A stretch of DNA of 59,191 nucleotides, filler included, from Circinaria calcarea (taxonomy: Eukaryota): NCBI GenBank assembly GCA_051942165.1. It is 5 parts of 5 records of this genome, joined end to end, with 100 filler letters (N's around TTAATTAATTAA, not from the genome) between each part and the next. Parts side by side here need not be neighbours in the genome. Positions count along the whole stretch, not along the records: positions 1 to 11,772 come from JAVECS010000647.1; 4 more parts are not named here. The stretch is one strand, 5' to 3'. The notes below the pieces were generated by a model. That model was not told the origin of the DNA. It did no database searches and saw nothing but the letters and a program-made list of their open reading frames with translations. The translations under genes were made by a program, and so were the position numbers. Below, in pieces: positions 1 to 10,062 of this stretch (its first letter is position 1; every line of letters begins with the position of its first letter).

Positions 1-198
1 AGTTTATATAGTAGGCGTCTCTGAGGATCCAGACCGCTTGTCAGGCAAAAGGGCTGCTCCGGAGGGATGATGGCGGGGAGGTTCCCTAGTGTGCTAGATG
101 AAGATTTATAAAAAGAGGAAAAGAGCACGTAACCAAGTAATAAGAGCTTGAATCATCTACCTTTTTGTAACTAAGTCTTTTGTTCTACTCTTTTCATT

Positions 199-924
199 AT
201 GTCAAACACAGGCCGCCCGTCAATTCCCAATTTCGACCATGAGGAGATCGATTACAGCGATGATGAAGTAAAGCCTCAGGCCTTGACACTTCGTCAACCT
301 GCCGCCGCCGCTGCCGCTCCTCCTGCCGCCGCCGCCGCCGCTGGTCCTCGTGCAGCTCCTCCAGCAGCTCCTGCAGTTCCTCCAGCAGCTCCTCGTGCTG
401 CTGTTGCTGCTGTTTCAGCTCTTCCTGCCGCCGCCGCCGCTGCTGCTGTTCCTGCTGCAGCTCTTCCCGCAGCTCCTCCTGCTGCCGCTGCCGCCGGTGC
501 TGGTCCGGCTCCTGCCCCTGCCCAGAGACGAGGAGGAGATGGGTCTCGTCGTAGAGGTAGGAATGCTCGTGGTGGCGAGCAACCTGCTCGTGGAGGTGAG
601 CGCCCTGCTCGTGGTGGGGGAGAACGCCCTGCTCGTGGAGGTGAACGCCCCGCTCGTGGTGGTAGGGATGCTCGGGGTGGCAGGGATGCTCGTGGCGGTG
701 AGCGCCCTGCTCGTGGTGGTGCACCTCCACCTCCTCCTCAAGGTCGTCCTCGCCAAGCCCCTGCTCGCCAGGCTGCTCCTCCTCAGCTCCAGGAAGAGTT
801 CAGGATTAGAGGTCTTGCTGATCCGGCTGCTCCTCCAGTGCTCTCCCCTCCGTCTGGTCCTGCGGTTCCTATACTGATTAGTGAGCAATATGTTTACCTC
901 GAGATAGCCCGGATGATTCAGTAG
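199..924 (+). CDS. Orphan low-complexity Ala/Pro- and RGG-repeat protein (ORF A); 3' end probably truncated by mutation
   Basis: ATG at 199 with TATAAAAAG at ~107. Acidic N-terminus (DHEEIDYSDDE), poly-Ala/Pro tract, about 9 RGG(E/R)xxA units. Coding-like sequence continues past the TAG to ~1351 (LQEVQQKLKL*DLELEERRLRI...) with stops and frameshifts. Confidence 0.55.
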   Translation: MSNTGRPSIPNFDHEEIDYSDDEVKPQALTLRQPAAAAAAPPAAAAAAGPRAAPPAAPAVPPAAPRAAVAAVSALPAAAAAAAVPAAALPAAPPAAAAAGAGPAPAPAQRRGGDGSRRRGRNARGGEQPARGGERPARGGGERPARGGERPARGGRDARGGRDARGGERPARGGAPPPPPQGRPRQAPARQAAPPQLQEEFRIRGLADPAAPPVLSPPSGPAVPILISEQYVYLEIARMIQ

Positions 925-1580
925 CAGGTAACGTGAGAGGTACCAGCACCAGCTCCATTCGAGATTCAGCTCCTATTTTACAACCAGGGCATGCACCCCA
1001 AGTACCCATGGCTCCATAAGGCCTTGAGTTGTCCAACCACTCGGTAACCACGCGGAATACATCAATGCACCAGAGGAGAACGCCTAGGGATCTCAAAAAG
1101 CGTGAAAGGAAGTTTGCAAATACTTAGATAAATGATTATATCTACAGGAGGTTCAGCAAAAGCTGAAGCTATAGGACCTCGAATTGGAGGAACGGCGCCT
1201 GCGTATTGTGGTGGAGACGGAATGCGGTTACGCTGAAGGGCGGGGGTATGGCAGTACTAGCTCAGGCATAGATAGGGATTTTTCTTCGTACACACATGCA
1301 GAGCAGCAATTGAATAGCATTGAAGCAGTACTGGATTCAGCTATTACGTGATATCTATATGCGCATTATACTGTAGCAGTCAGTTCGTGCCATATACCCT
1401 CTGATTCTTCTATATTCAGGACCTCGAAGCCTCGTTCTACCCAGCGTCTTTGCCTATATCTTAGGGACGTAGCGGAGCACTCTATTTCCTTCACAGTATT
1501 TTGTTATATATGATATTGACTCCGGCCTCCTACTCGTTCTTACTTGATTGAGATTTTTATATAAGTTTCCGTTTTATGGG

Positions 1581-3351
1581 CGGAGCAGTGGGCGTTATGA
1601 TGAATGTGAAGGCAGTCAAGACGATTAGACCGTTATACTTCACATCGATCTATTGAACGATACTCGTCCACCACTCTGGTTCTGGGCGTCGATCTTTCAT
1701 CGATCTCCTTCTTATTCGTCTTCTCGATCACACCGATCGCAATACGAGAGGAGAAGGTCTTCCAGAGACCGTGAACGGCACCTCCTTATCGCCCTCCTCA
1801 TCGCTCTCGAGCCAGAAGATCGCCTGCTGACAGGTCATACGGTTACCGAGGAGAACCGAGAGATTTAGCTTATACCAGTGAGGGACAGGAGGGGTCACCA
1901 GCGGGACAGGTGTCATTTGTGTACGGGGGTACGCGCCAGCTAGCACCTTCTTCCGTAGTGTATAACTACAACTACCATGCAGCACCTTCACCCCAGCCTA
2001 TTTCTCCCGCTGAAGAAGGAAGTAGCAGTGTGGTTCAGTACGGGAAGCAGCCTTCAGCTGTGTCTAAGAAGCAAAGACGTCTGAAGGAGGATTATAGAGG
2101 GATGGCTAAAGAAGGAAAAAGAAGTTATATATGAGAATAGCTAAAGAAGGAGAAGAAGCTATTCGAAGTGTTTAAAAGAATATAATCAGGGTGGCTGCTC
2201 CAGTAGCATATGTAGAGAAAAAGGCTCACGAAAACCAGATTGCGAGACTTTAGCAAAAGGTGGATGGCACGGATCCATGCCCGAAACTGAGTTGAATGCC
2301 AACGAAAACAAGATCGTAACGCTTAAGGGGCCAACCCGATGCCATGTTGCAACATCACGTCCCGCAGCAGCAACCCTTAGCTTATTCGTCTGGCATGAGC
2401 ATGCAGTCTGCAATCGCTCATCAGTCATGGCAACAGGTGCCGTTGTCATATGCGCCTTTTGGCTCACAGCAGCAGTAACAGTAACAGCCAATACCTCAGC
2501 GATTAGGCTTCGGCACTCAGCCTTCGTCATCTCGTCCTTCTACCCAAGCGTCCATGCCTGTGTCGCAGTGGTCCCCGGCAACTCAGCCATCTCCCATCAT
2601 GGCAGCGCCTCCACCAGCACATGGCAGATACCAATTCGCCTTGGACCAAGGTTCCCAGCCTTCCCAACCTAGCGGTGCGCCCAGCAGAGACGATCTACGA
2701 GATCGTATCAATGCAATGAGCCATAAGCTCTGGGAAGATTACGCCGAGATAAAGAGGGTCTTCCGGATACAGCAATCCTTTAGCGGAGGCCATGGCGTTG
2801 GAGGGGATGCTGCATCGACCTATGCATCCCAAGACATCGACCAGATCCGAAATTGGGCGCTGGATAGCCTGAAGAAATACTTCGACGAAACCATCTGCGA
2901 GATCGCCGATGATGTCAATAAAGATTATTATACGGATGATCAACTCGCTGCACTGCCCAGCGAGATGCAAGCTATATCATCGAAAGTCAGATCTACCTTG
3001 GAAAGGCTCTTCAGCGATATCGCTTGTATATGAAACGTATATGAAACTGCTCTGCGCAATGGTCAGTTCCCTCCTGGAGAATTGTGTCGGAGGTTCTAGG
3101 AGAATGTCACTAGTCCCCATCCTGATAGAAGCTGGCTGGACTTTTCGACCAGCGCGTTGAGAGGGTTACAGGCAACAGTGCCTTCTCCTTTCCGTTTCGT
3201 CCCTGCCACTGCTGCAAATACCGCAGCATCATCATCATCTTCGCAGGCATTGATCCCCAGTGGATTACGTTGAGTTGCCAGTCAGACTGACCCAAGCAAA
3301 ATGCAAGAAGATAATGCTAGGGATCGACAACCATCCGAGGAAGTAGATTGA
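1581..3351 (+). pseudogene. Degenerate paralog (B') of the minus-strand RS-rich ORF at 8728-9735, carrying an extra ~700-nt module
   Basis: Collinear matches to ORF B: RSSGR.DE, YRGEPRDLAY, GSPAGQV.F.YGGTRQ, SSVVYNYNY.AAPSPQP, PATQPSP and the identical terminus RDRQPSEEVD*. Broken by stops and frameshifts. Confidence 0.85.
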
Positions 3352-3795
3352 GGCTTGGAAAGAAGGGAAGGATGAAACCTAAGATGATATACGGAGGATA
3401 GTGCCGGTTTCCCTTGGATAAGGAAATAGAAAGCATATTAGAAAAACGCATTAATGAAATTATTTAATAGAATGTAGTTCTCGTACTAATAATTTCTTAC
3501 GTGATAGCAAAAATAAATAAAAGTGACCACGACGACGCTTGCAATTAGAAGGTAGTTTCCAGGGGAAAATCTAGCTTCACTGATTAATAAGGATAGTAGT
3601 TATAGCGGTGAACTTTCAGCCCTGCGAAGCATCTGGTCGCGTAATGTCACGCTAGGGCTTCGAATCTCGCACCAGCTCTTGTCAAACAAATCTTTGCCAG
3701 CACAAATCTTTTCCATATATCAAAGTAAACAGGTCCATCTCTACAACCACATACGCCTAATCAAACCTTGATAGCTTGATCTTCTTAATCATACA

Positions 3796-6066
3796 ATGTC
3801 TCACAATATGTCTGAAAAGGTTGTTGAGTCGGTGGAGAAGGAGCAGAAGATGATGATGGATGCAGCAGATGTTGCGTTGCCGGGTGGGGAAGACGATGGT
3901 ATGGACATAAGGGCCAATATCAACAGTGATGAAACGTTGGAGGTGATGGTACAGCAAGCTCTTGCTGATTTCCGTGCACCCCGTTACGCAGAGGGGTTGT
4001 TGTGGAGTGACGAACACTACGAGGAAAAGCTCGCTAGTCTCCGAGAAGAGCATGTTCGTCGGTGGCTCGAGGAGAAACACCCCGGGGCGTTGGACAAAGA
4101 TTCGTTTGGTGCGTTGGAGAGGGGCTTGGAAGAGGCCAGGAAGGCCAGTGAGAAGGCTGTGGAGGAACATGAAGAAGAAGCTAGGCGACAGGAGCTTCTA
4201 GAAGACCAGGCTGCGAAGAGAGCAGCAGTCCTGGCTGATAAGGCTGCGGCCTTGAAGAAGCGCCAGGAGGAGAATGCCGCTTCCAAAGCTGCAACGCCTG
4301 CTCCCACCAACCAACGGCCACTCCATCGGATAGCTGGTGCAACGGGAGCGATACCGATGCCAAGGCCTGGGATGACGCTGCAAGAGCAGTCTGACGTCCT
4401 CTATCAGAAAGAGGCCGATTACGAAGCTATGCAGGCGAGGCGGGGCGGTGGGACGTGGGGTGGACCCAGTCGCGGATATAGAAGCGCGGCACCCCATGCA
4501 CCGCTTTCAACCAGGCCTCGTGCACCACCAAATGCACCAACTGGACCAGCTCGTCAAGAAAAGGGGGTTCGGGAGGTAAATCAGCCCTCGGCTGAAACGG
4601 TGAAGAGGCAGGAGGCAGAGCTCCAGCACTGGAAGGTGGCCCAGAAAGAGAAGCAGAGGTTGCAGGGGAGGACCGCCAAGGTGGCATCCCTGGAAGACAG
4701 GATTTCTGGGAAGGTGGAGAAGAAGGCTTCCACCCCTACACAAAGGGGTGGTAGCTTCCAGATCCGTGGCGCATCTCGCGGTAGGGGTAACATTCCCCTC
4801 GGCCCTCGGTCAGCTTCTGTTCGACCAACACAAGCGATGAGGCCCCCTCCAACTCCCTCACCAGCTCGCCCATCAGTTCCTCCTGTCACCCAGAGTACAG
4901 ATGTGGCTACTGAGCTTGCCCAAATCAACCTTGAGCGAGAGCGGCTTATTTTGGAGAGAGAGCGTGAGCGGCTTGCTTTGGAGAGAGAACGTGAGCGGCT
5001 TGCTTTAGAGAGAGAGCAAGTGGACCATAAGATGAGATTGATTATGTTGCGGCTAGCGGAAGACCTTGGCCGGTCGCAAGAGACGTCGACACAATCCCGC
5101 CGGCACCGCTCTCGGTCTGCCTCCCCAGGTCGCCGTAGTCCCATCCACTACGACGGCTATCGTACTCCAAGGTCCCCAGCCGAATACGGTCATGGGGGTC
5201 AAAATCGAGCGCCAACAGGGTCACGATACCCGGCGCCAGTACCCCCACCACCTGCCTTTGCCCCGACATACACGCCAAGTGTTACCAGTCAAGGGTCGCA
5301 TCCGATAAGGAGTAGGTCTTCCGGGGTATCTCAAGAAGAATTCTCTCGCAATTGGCTACCCAGGCAAGGTATCCGAGCGGGAAATCAGGCGTTACATGAT
5401 AGCCAAGCAATCAGGGCTAGACTGCGTGCACGAGAGAGGGAGGTGGAGTTGATGAAGCAGAAGATTGCAGCTAAGGAGCTGGATAAGAAGAAGAATGCGG
5501 AGGCTGCCAGGGCTATTACAGCAAGAGCAGGTCAGTTAGATGACCAGGTCTCTACCGCTATTGTAGTCGAGGAGGATAGACCAGCTTCAGCCATGGGAGA
5601 CACCGGCCCTCTCAGACAACCAGAACAGGCACCAGAAACATCCACCACTCCAGAGGCCCGTGAATATACCGATCGTGCAGCAGCCATTGACCAAGCCCTC
5701 AATCTACTAAGGGATGAAGCCGTCGGGTTTTTCGAAGCATGGCATGAAGCCGCCAATGTTTATACCGATGACCGCTCCGTCAATATGGTGGTTCTCGATA
5801 TGTTCGCTGCTAGGATAGCATTAGAGAATAGCATCTTGTCTCGCATTTTGGAGCTTCTAATAGATGTTCGAGATCGGTTGAATGGGGCTACGACGTTGAC
5901 CGAGTTAGATCACGCCGTTGACTACTTCAATTCTGAGGTGAATCGTCTTGGGTTCGACGACCAGCGCGCGGATAGCAACAGGGAGTTGCTGCAACATCTT
6001 CCAAAAGAAAAGATTGGTCCCCTCGACATAAGTGATCACCGAAGTACCGGAAAGGAAATGAGTTGA
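3796..6066 (+). CDS. Orphan 756-aa protein (ORF C): coiled-coils, RGG/Pro-rich and RS segments, helical C-terminal domain
   Basis: Uninterrupted 2.27-kb ATG-initiated ORF with 21-nt repeats encoding LERERERLA at ~4931-5016. No family recognised. Confidence 0.75.
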   Translation: MSHNMSEKVVESVEKEQKMMMDAADVALPGGEDDGMDIRANINSDETLEVMVQQALADFRAPRYAEGLLWSDEHYEEKLASLREEHVRRWLEEKHPGALDKDSFGALERGLEEARKASEKAVEEHEEEARRQELLEDQAAKRAAVLADKAAALKKRQEENAASKAATPAPTNQRPLHRIAGATGAIPMPRPGMTLQEQSDVLYQKEADYEAMQARRGGGTWGGPSRGYRSAAPHAPLSTRPRAPPNAPTGPARQEKGVREVNQPSAETVKRQEAELQHWKVAQKEKQRLQGRTAKVASLEDRISGKVEKKASTPTQRGGSFQIRGASRGRGNIPLGPRSASVRPTQAMRPPPTPSPARPSVPPVTQSTDVATELAQINLERERLILERERERLALERERERLALEREQVDHKMRLIMLRLAEDLGRSQETSTQSRRHRSRSASPGRRSPIHYDGYRTPRSPAEYGHGGQNRAPTGSRYPAPVPPPPAFAPTYTPSVTSQGSHPIRSRSSGVSQEEFSRNWLPRQGIRAGNQALHDSQAIRARLRAREREVELMKQKIAAKELDKKKNAEAARAITARAGQLDDQVSTAIVVEEDRPASAMGDTGPLRQPEQAPETSTTPEAREYTDRAAAIDQALNLLRDEAVGFFEAWHEAANVYTDDRSVNMVVLDMFAARIALENSILSRILELLIDVRDRLNGATTLTELDHAVDYFNSEVNRLGFDDQRADSNRELLQHLPKEKIGPLDISDHRSTGKEMS

Positions 6067-6082
6067 ACGTGTGTCCGGTTTC

Positions 6083-6263
6083 AAAGAGATGGGTATTAGG
6101 TATGATATTTCTGCTTTAAGAAAGAGATGGGTACTAGGTATGGTGTTTCTGCTTTAAGAAAGAGATGGGTACTAGGTAGGTTGATTTTGCTTTAAGAAAG
6201 AGATGGGTACTAGATAGGTTGTTTTTGCTTCAGAAAAGAGCTGGGATACTGGTTGGGTTCGCC
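6083..6263. repeat. 38-bp tandem repeat, 4 copies plus a degenerate fifth
   Basis: Units start at 6083, 6121, 6159, 6197 and 6235; consensus about AAAGAGATGGGTACTAGGTAxGxTGTTTxTGCTTTAAG. Confidence 0.95.
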
Positions 6264-6399
6264 ATGGCTCGATGCTTAAGGTAAGTAGGAAAAGCATCCC
6301 TTGGCTATATCTAACGAATTAAGCCGAATGACCCCTAAGGTAAGATGAGGATCCTCCTAAATAGATTCAAAGTGGGTGGTAACAAATCGTGTTCCTAGC

Positions 6400-8285
6400 T
6401 TCGCATGCTAAATGCAATTGTGAGACGTGACCGACCTATGTGTACTGCCTATTCATCCCGTAGATCCCTCCCCACAAATCCGCCTGAATGAAAATCGGAG
6501 CTTATATGGTACCCACGCTTAGCAGGAGTGACCACGAAGCAAAAGGCTCCCCATTTGGCATACTCTTTCAATAGCTTGCTTAATTAATGAATCCCTTTGA
6601 CTATCTCCACGATCATGGCTAGAATTGAATGTCACGATGCTATTCGATTCAAGTTGTTATGGCTTAGCGCATAAACGAATCTAAGGTTCCGCGCGGCTCT
6701 CGGTACGGTGAGGATGATTGGATTGGACGCGCCTTTGACGTAAATGTAGGGGGTCAAAACGTGGAGCTACCCAGAAAGAGGTTCAGAGTTTGTTGCACCG
6801 CATCAACCTATCCCCAACAACCAGAGTTGTGTACGGATATTACCAACAGACCATAAAGCATTGTTTGTTGTGGGCAGAGAATTCGTTGAACTTATTCATA
6901 GCTAGGAATCCCATTTGCTAATCCGGCGATTTCCAGTCCTAAAAGCTGGCCGTTGCAGTCGCATGATTCTGGCTGCCTGGTAGCATAGGTAGTAGCATTT
7001 CAATATTATCTCCCGTCTCTCCATCTACAGAAAGAACTACATGCATTTATCAGTAATAGGTGCCTACAAATGCTACCGGGGCTCCTTTAGAACACTATAA
7101 CGACATAACCGGCAGCGTGTAAAGTACTTGGAAGTGAGTAAATAGTGAGAAGGGAAAGGAATAAGTAGGTGTTGCGGGAATACGTGACTCCCCTCGCAAT
7201 GATTATCTCAAATGCATTGGAAATGGCAACAGCAGAAAATGTTTCATTTGCTAAGCCTACATGGCGAGTACTTATCCTGGGGTGCCAGCCCTTTCAGAGA
7301 CCTTCTCTTGAGTTGACCATATCCTTGCCTTAATTCAGTTTCTAGAGGCAGCCTTTTATATATCGCCATAGGCCTTCCCCTTGTCAAATGTCTCCTTCCC
7401 TCACTTCTCAGTTACCTTGAGGCAGGTTTCATGATCGCCGTTATCCACCTAGGCGTTCCATTCTGGCTGCTGCACAGGTTCAGTCCTTACGTCCCAGTTC
7501 CAAGCACCCGGTGCACCAGAAGGTTGGTAGTCGAGATTATAGTCCTCAATGGCGTCCTGCAGCGCCGCCTCGGTGACCATAAGGATGTCGCTGGTAATTG
7601 TTCTCGTTCCCACACAAGACTTTTGTCTGGGTATCTGACTTGCTTTCCCAGCACCATATCTATCGGCTGCCACTCGTCTAGTGCTCTTTATATATGCCAC
7701 TATTTGAGGTTCGACGACTGCGATGCCTCGAGTGGGAGTTATCATGTGGAGAAGGTCATCGTAAAGGACAAGCTGGGATCTGGGCGGTCTTGCTGCTACT
7801 AGTATCTCTCGGCACGACGATGACCTTGTTAGTCTGGTATGCTTCGGGGATGCGCTTTCTGTTACGACGTTAGTGCTGATGGGAATATAAAGGGAAAGGA
7901 ACCTCCATTGCTCTGGCTGTCTGATAGGTAAATTACCCACACGCTGTTGCAGCTGACGGTATCTCTCACTGCAGGCACGGCCAGTGGACGGGCTTACTGT
8001 TCCGCTCTAGATTTTCAGTGCGCCCTCCACAGTCGTCTGATTTCTCTTAGAGACGTCAAAAGGGCCAGTCTGGCTGGGAGCGGCTTCCACTGCCATTCCC
8101 TTGAGCACCAACTCCAGGCGGGGCGCAGGAAGTTTGCTATCTTTGCTCACAGCTTCTTTCTCTACTGAAGGAAGCTGGTTGTTCTCTTCGATATCAAACA
8201 TGCTCTTCTTCGCCTCGTTCTCGCATTCCCCAGAATTGTGTCTGCTAATCTCCGACTGCTGCACTCTGTGATGAGGCTTCCCCAT
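6400..8285 (-). pseudogene. Stop-riddled orphan gene remnant (D); 3' boundary approximate
   Basis: ORFs 8007-8285 and 7449-7940 share one frame and are separated by a single TAG. Downstream sequence reads as protein with scattered stops (CDCNGQLLGLEIAGLANGIPSYE*VQRILCPQQTMLYGLLVISVHNSGCWG*VDAVQQTLNLFL). Confidence 0.55.
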
Positions 8286-8727
8286 TACGAACGATAGAAC
8301 GAATGAAAGATTCTTGAATTCGACTGCAATTACTATAATTAAAGTGATTCTGCGATGATACGAAATGGTATCAAGATATGGGAAAGTGGATACTTACACA
8401 AGCTCACGCCCGGTTGTTTTGCTGAAGGTAAAAACAAGTTTACTGAGAAGTTTTAGGAGATTACAGTCTACCTTATTAAAAGTTAAAAATACTCATACTA
8501 TTACCTTTAACATTTAAGATTTACTAACTCCTCACATTGATTACTATCACGTATTGGATCATTGGGTAAAGGACATTCACGATTTACCACGATATTCCCA
8601 TTTATGCAATAACTAGCTATATTGCTATCCAGGGAAGTCGCATTGCCCTCCTCTTTATGCCATAATACGCCCTCCTCTTATACCCCTAGCCCGCCTCTTA
8701 TTATCAATTGGGAGCTCACTCCAAGCA

Positions 8728-9735
8728 TCAATCTACCTCCTCGGATGGTTGTCGATCCCTGTCATCATTCTTTCTCGGAGATGGTTGAGTTGCCGGAAAC
8801 AACTGAGACATGGGCAGGGACGCTTGGGCAGAAGGGCGAGGTGAGGAAGACTGAGCGCCGCCATAGCCCAATTGTAGAGGTGTTGGCTGCTGCTGCTGCT
8901 GAAAGCCAAGAGGTGCATAGGACAACGGCACCTGTTGCGATGACTGATGAGTCATTGCAGGCCGGCGTGATTCCAGCCTATCGAGCTCTTGCTCGATCCT
9001 CGCAAACCGGTATTCCTGAGCCTTCTTCTCGGCGTCTGCTACTCGAGCATTCCATCTTCGAAGAGCTTCATGACTTTCTTGCACCCCCCTCAGAACCTCC
9101 TCGTCCAGACGTTTTTGCTCTTCAGATTGAGCTGAAGACTGCTGCCCGTGCGGAACCACACTACTACTTCCTACTGTAGTAGGGGTAGCGTGCTGTGGAA
9201 GTTGAGCAGGCTGGGGTGAAGGCGCTGCATAGTAATTGTAGTTGTACACTACAGAAGAAGGCCCTGGCTGGCGCGTACCACCGTACGCAAAAGGGACCTG
9301 TCCCGCTGGCGACCCCTGAGGACGCCCTTGCTGCTGTTGCTGCCCCCCACTGGCATACGCCAGGTCTCTCGGCTCTCCTCGGTAGTTGTATGATCTGTCG
9401 GCATGCGATCTTCTGTCTCGAGAGCGAGAACGAGAACGAGAGCGACGACGATCATCGCGCCGAGAGTGGTGACGATCGTATGATCGAGAGCGGTGATGAG
9501 AGTGGCGAGGAGGTGAACGCTCACGGTCTCTGGATCTGGAAGACCTACTCCCCTCGTGGTGCGATCGGTGTGATCGAGGAGGCGAACGAGAGGGAGATCG
9601 ATGAGACGATCGACGCCCAGAATGGTGGGACGAATATCGTTCATCAGAACGATATGAAGAATGACGGTCTGACCGTCTTGATTCGTTTTGGCGTTCATCG
9701 CGGCGCCCACTGCTTCGCGCGTTTGATGAAGACAT
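8728..9735 (-). CDS. Orphan RS/His-rich, Q/P-rich protein with a short coiled-coil (ORF B)
   Basis: ATG at 9735 and intact intronless ORF; coding status is supported by the collinear degenerate paralog at 1581-3351. Confidence 0.7.
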   Translation of the reverse strand: MSSSNARSSGRRDERQNESRRSDRHSSYRSDERYSSHHSGRRSSHRSPSRSPPRSHRSHHEGSRSSRSRDRERSPPRHSHHRSRSYDRHHSRRDDRRRSRSRSRSRDRRSHADRSYNYRGEPRDLAYASGGQQQQQGRPQGSPAGQVPFAYGGTRQPGPSSVVYNYNYYAAPSPQPAQLPQHATPTTVGSSSVVPHGQQSSAQSEEQKRLDEEVLRGVQESHEALRRWNARVADAEKKAQEYRFARIEQELDRLESRRPAMTHQSSQQVPLSYAPLGFQQQQQPTPLQLGYGGAQSSSPRPSAQASLPMSQLFPATQPSPRKNDDRDRQPSEEVD

Positions 9736-10062
9736 TTTCAACTTTCTCTAACAAAATTTCTTTTAAAGTGCTTGGTATTGATGAAACTGGAGTGGTAATG
9801 CAGATGCAGTACAAGTGTGTAAAGATCAAGGTAAGAACGTGGATGTGATGGTTGTTCTGGATATCAAAAAGCGATTTGAGGGCTTGAGGGCTACGCGAGG
9901 TGCGAAATCACACTAGCGTTAATGAACAGTGAATGATATTGCTGCTTCCCTGGAAAAGGGATTACCAACCTCCTGCTTTTAGGATCATTTCTTTTGCGAT
10001 CAACTACACTTTCGCACTCCATCCATATTCAACCTCTTTCTAAAAACTTATATCACGTCGAA

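Noticed and set aside
197..888. His-rich, Leu-rich and Ser/Thr-rich alternative-frame ORFs (197-730, 350-877, 415-888)
   Set aside because: Shadows of the GC-rich repeat sequence of ORF A, which has the ATG and TATA context.
6083..6263. CRISPR-like array
   Set aside because: Variable parts are only ~5-9 nt and related to each other; no cas genes; eukaryotic context.
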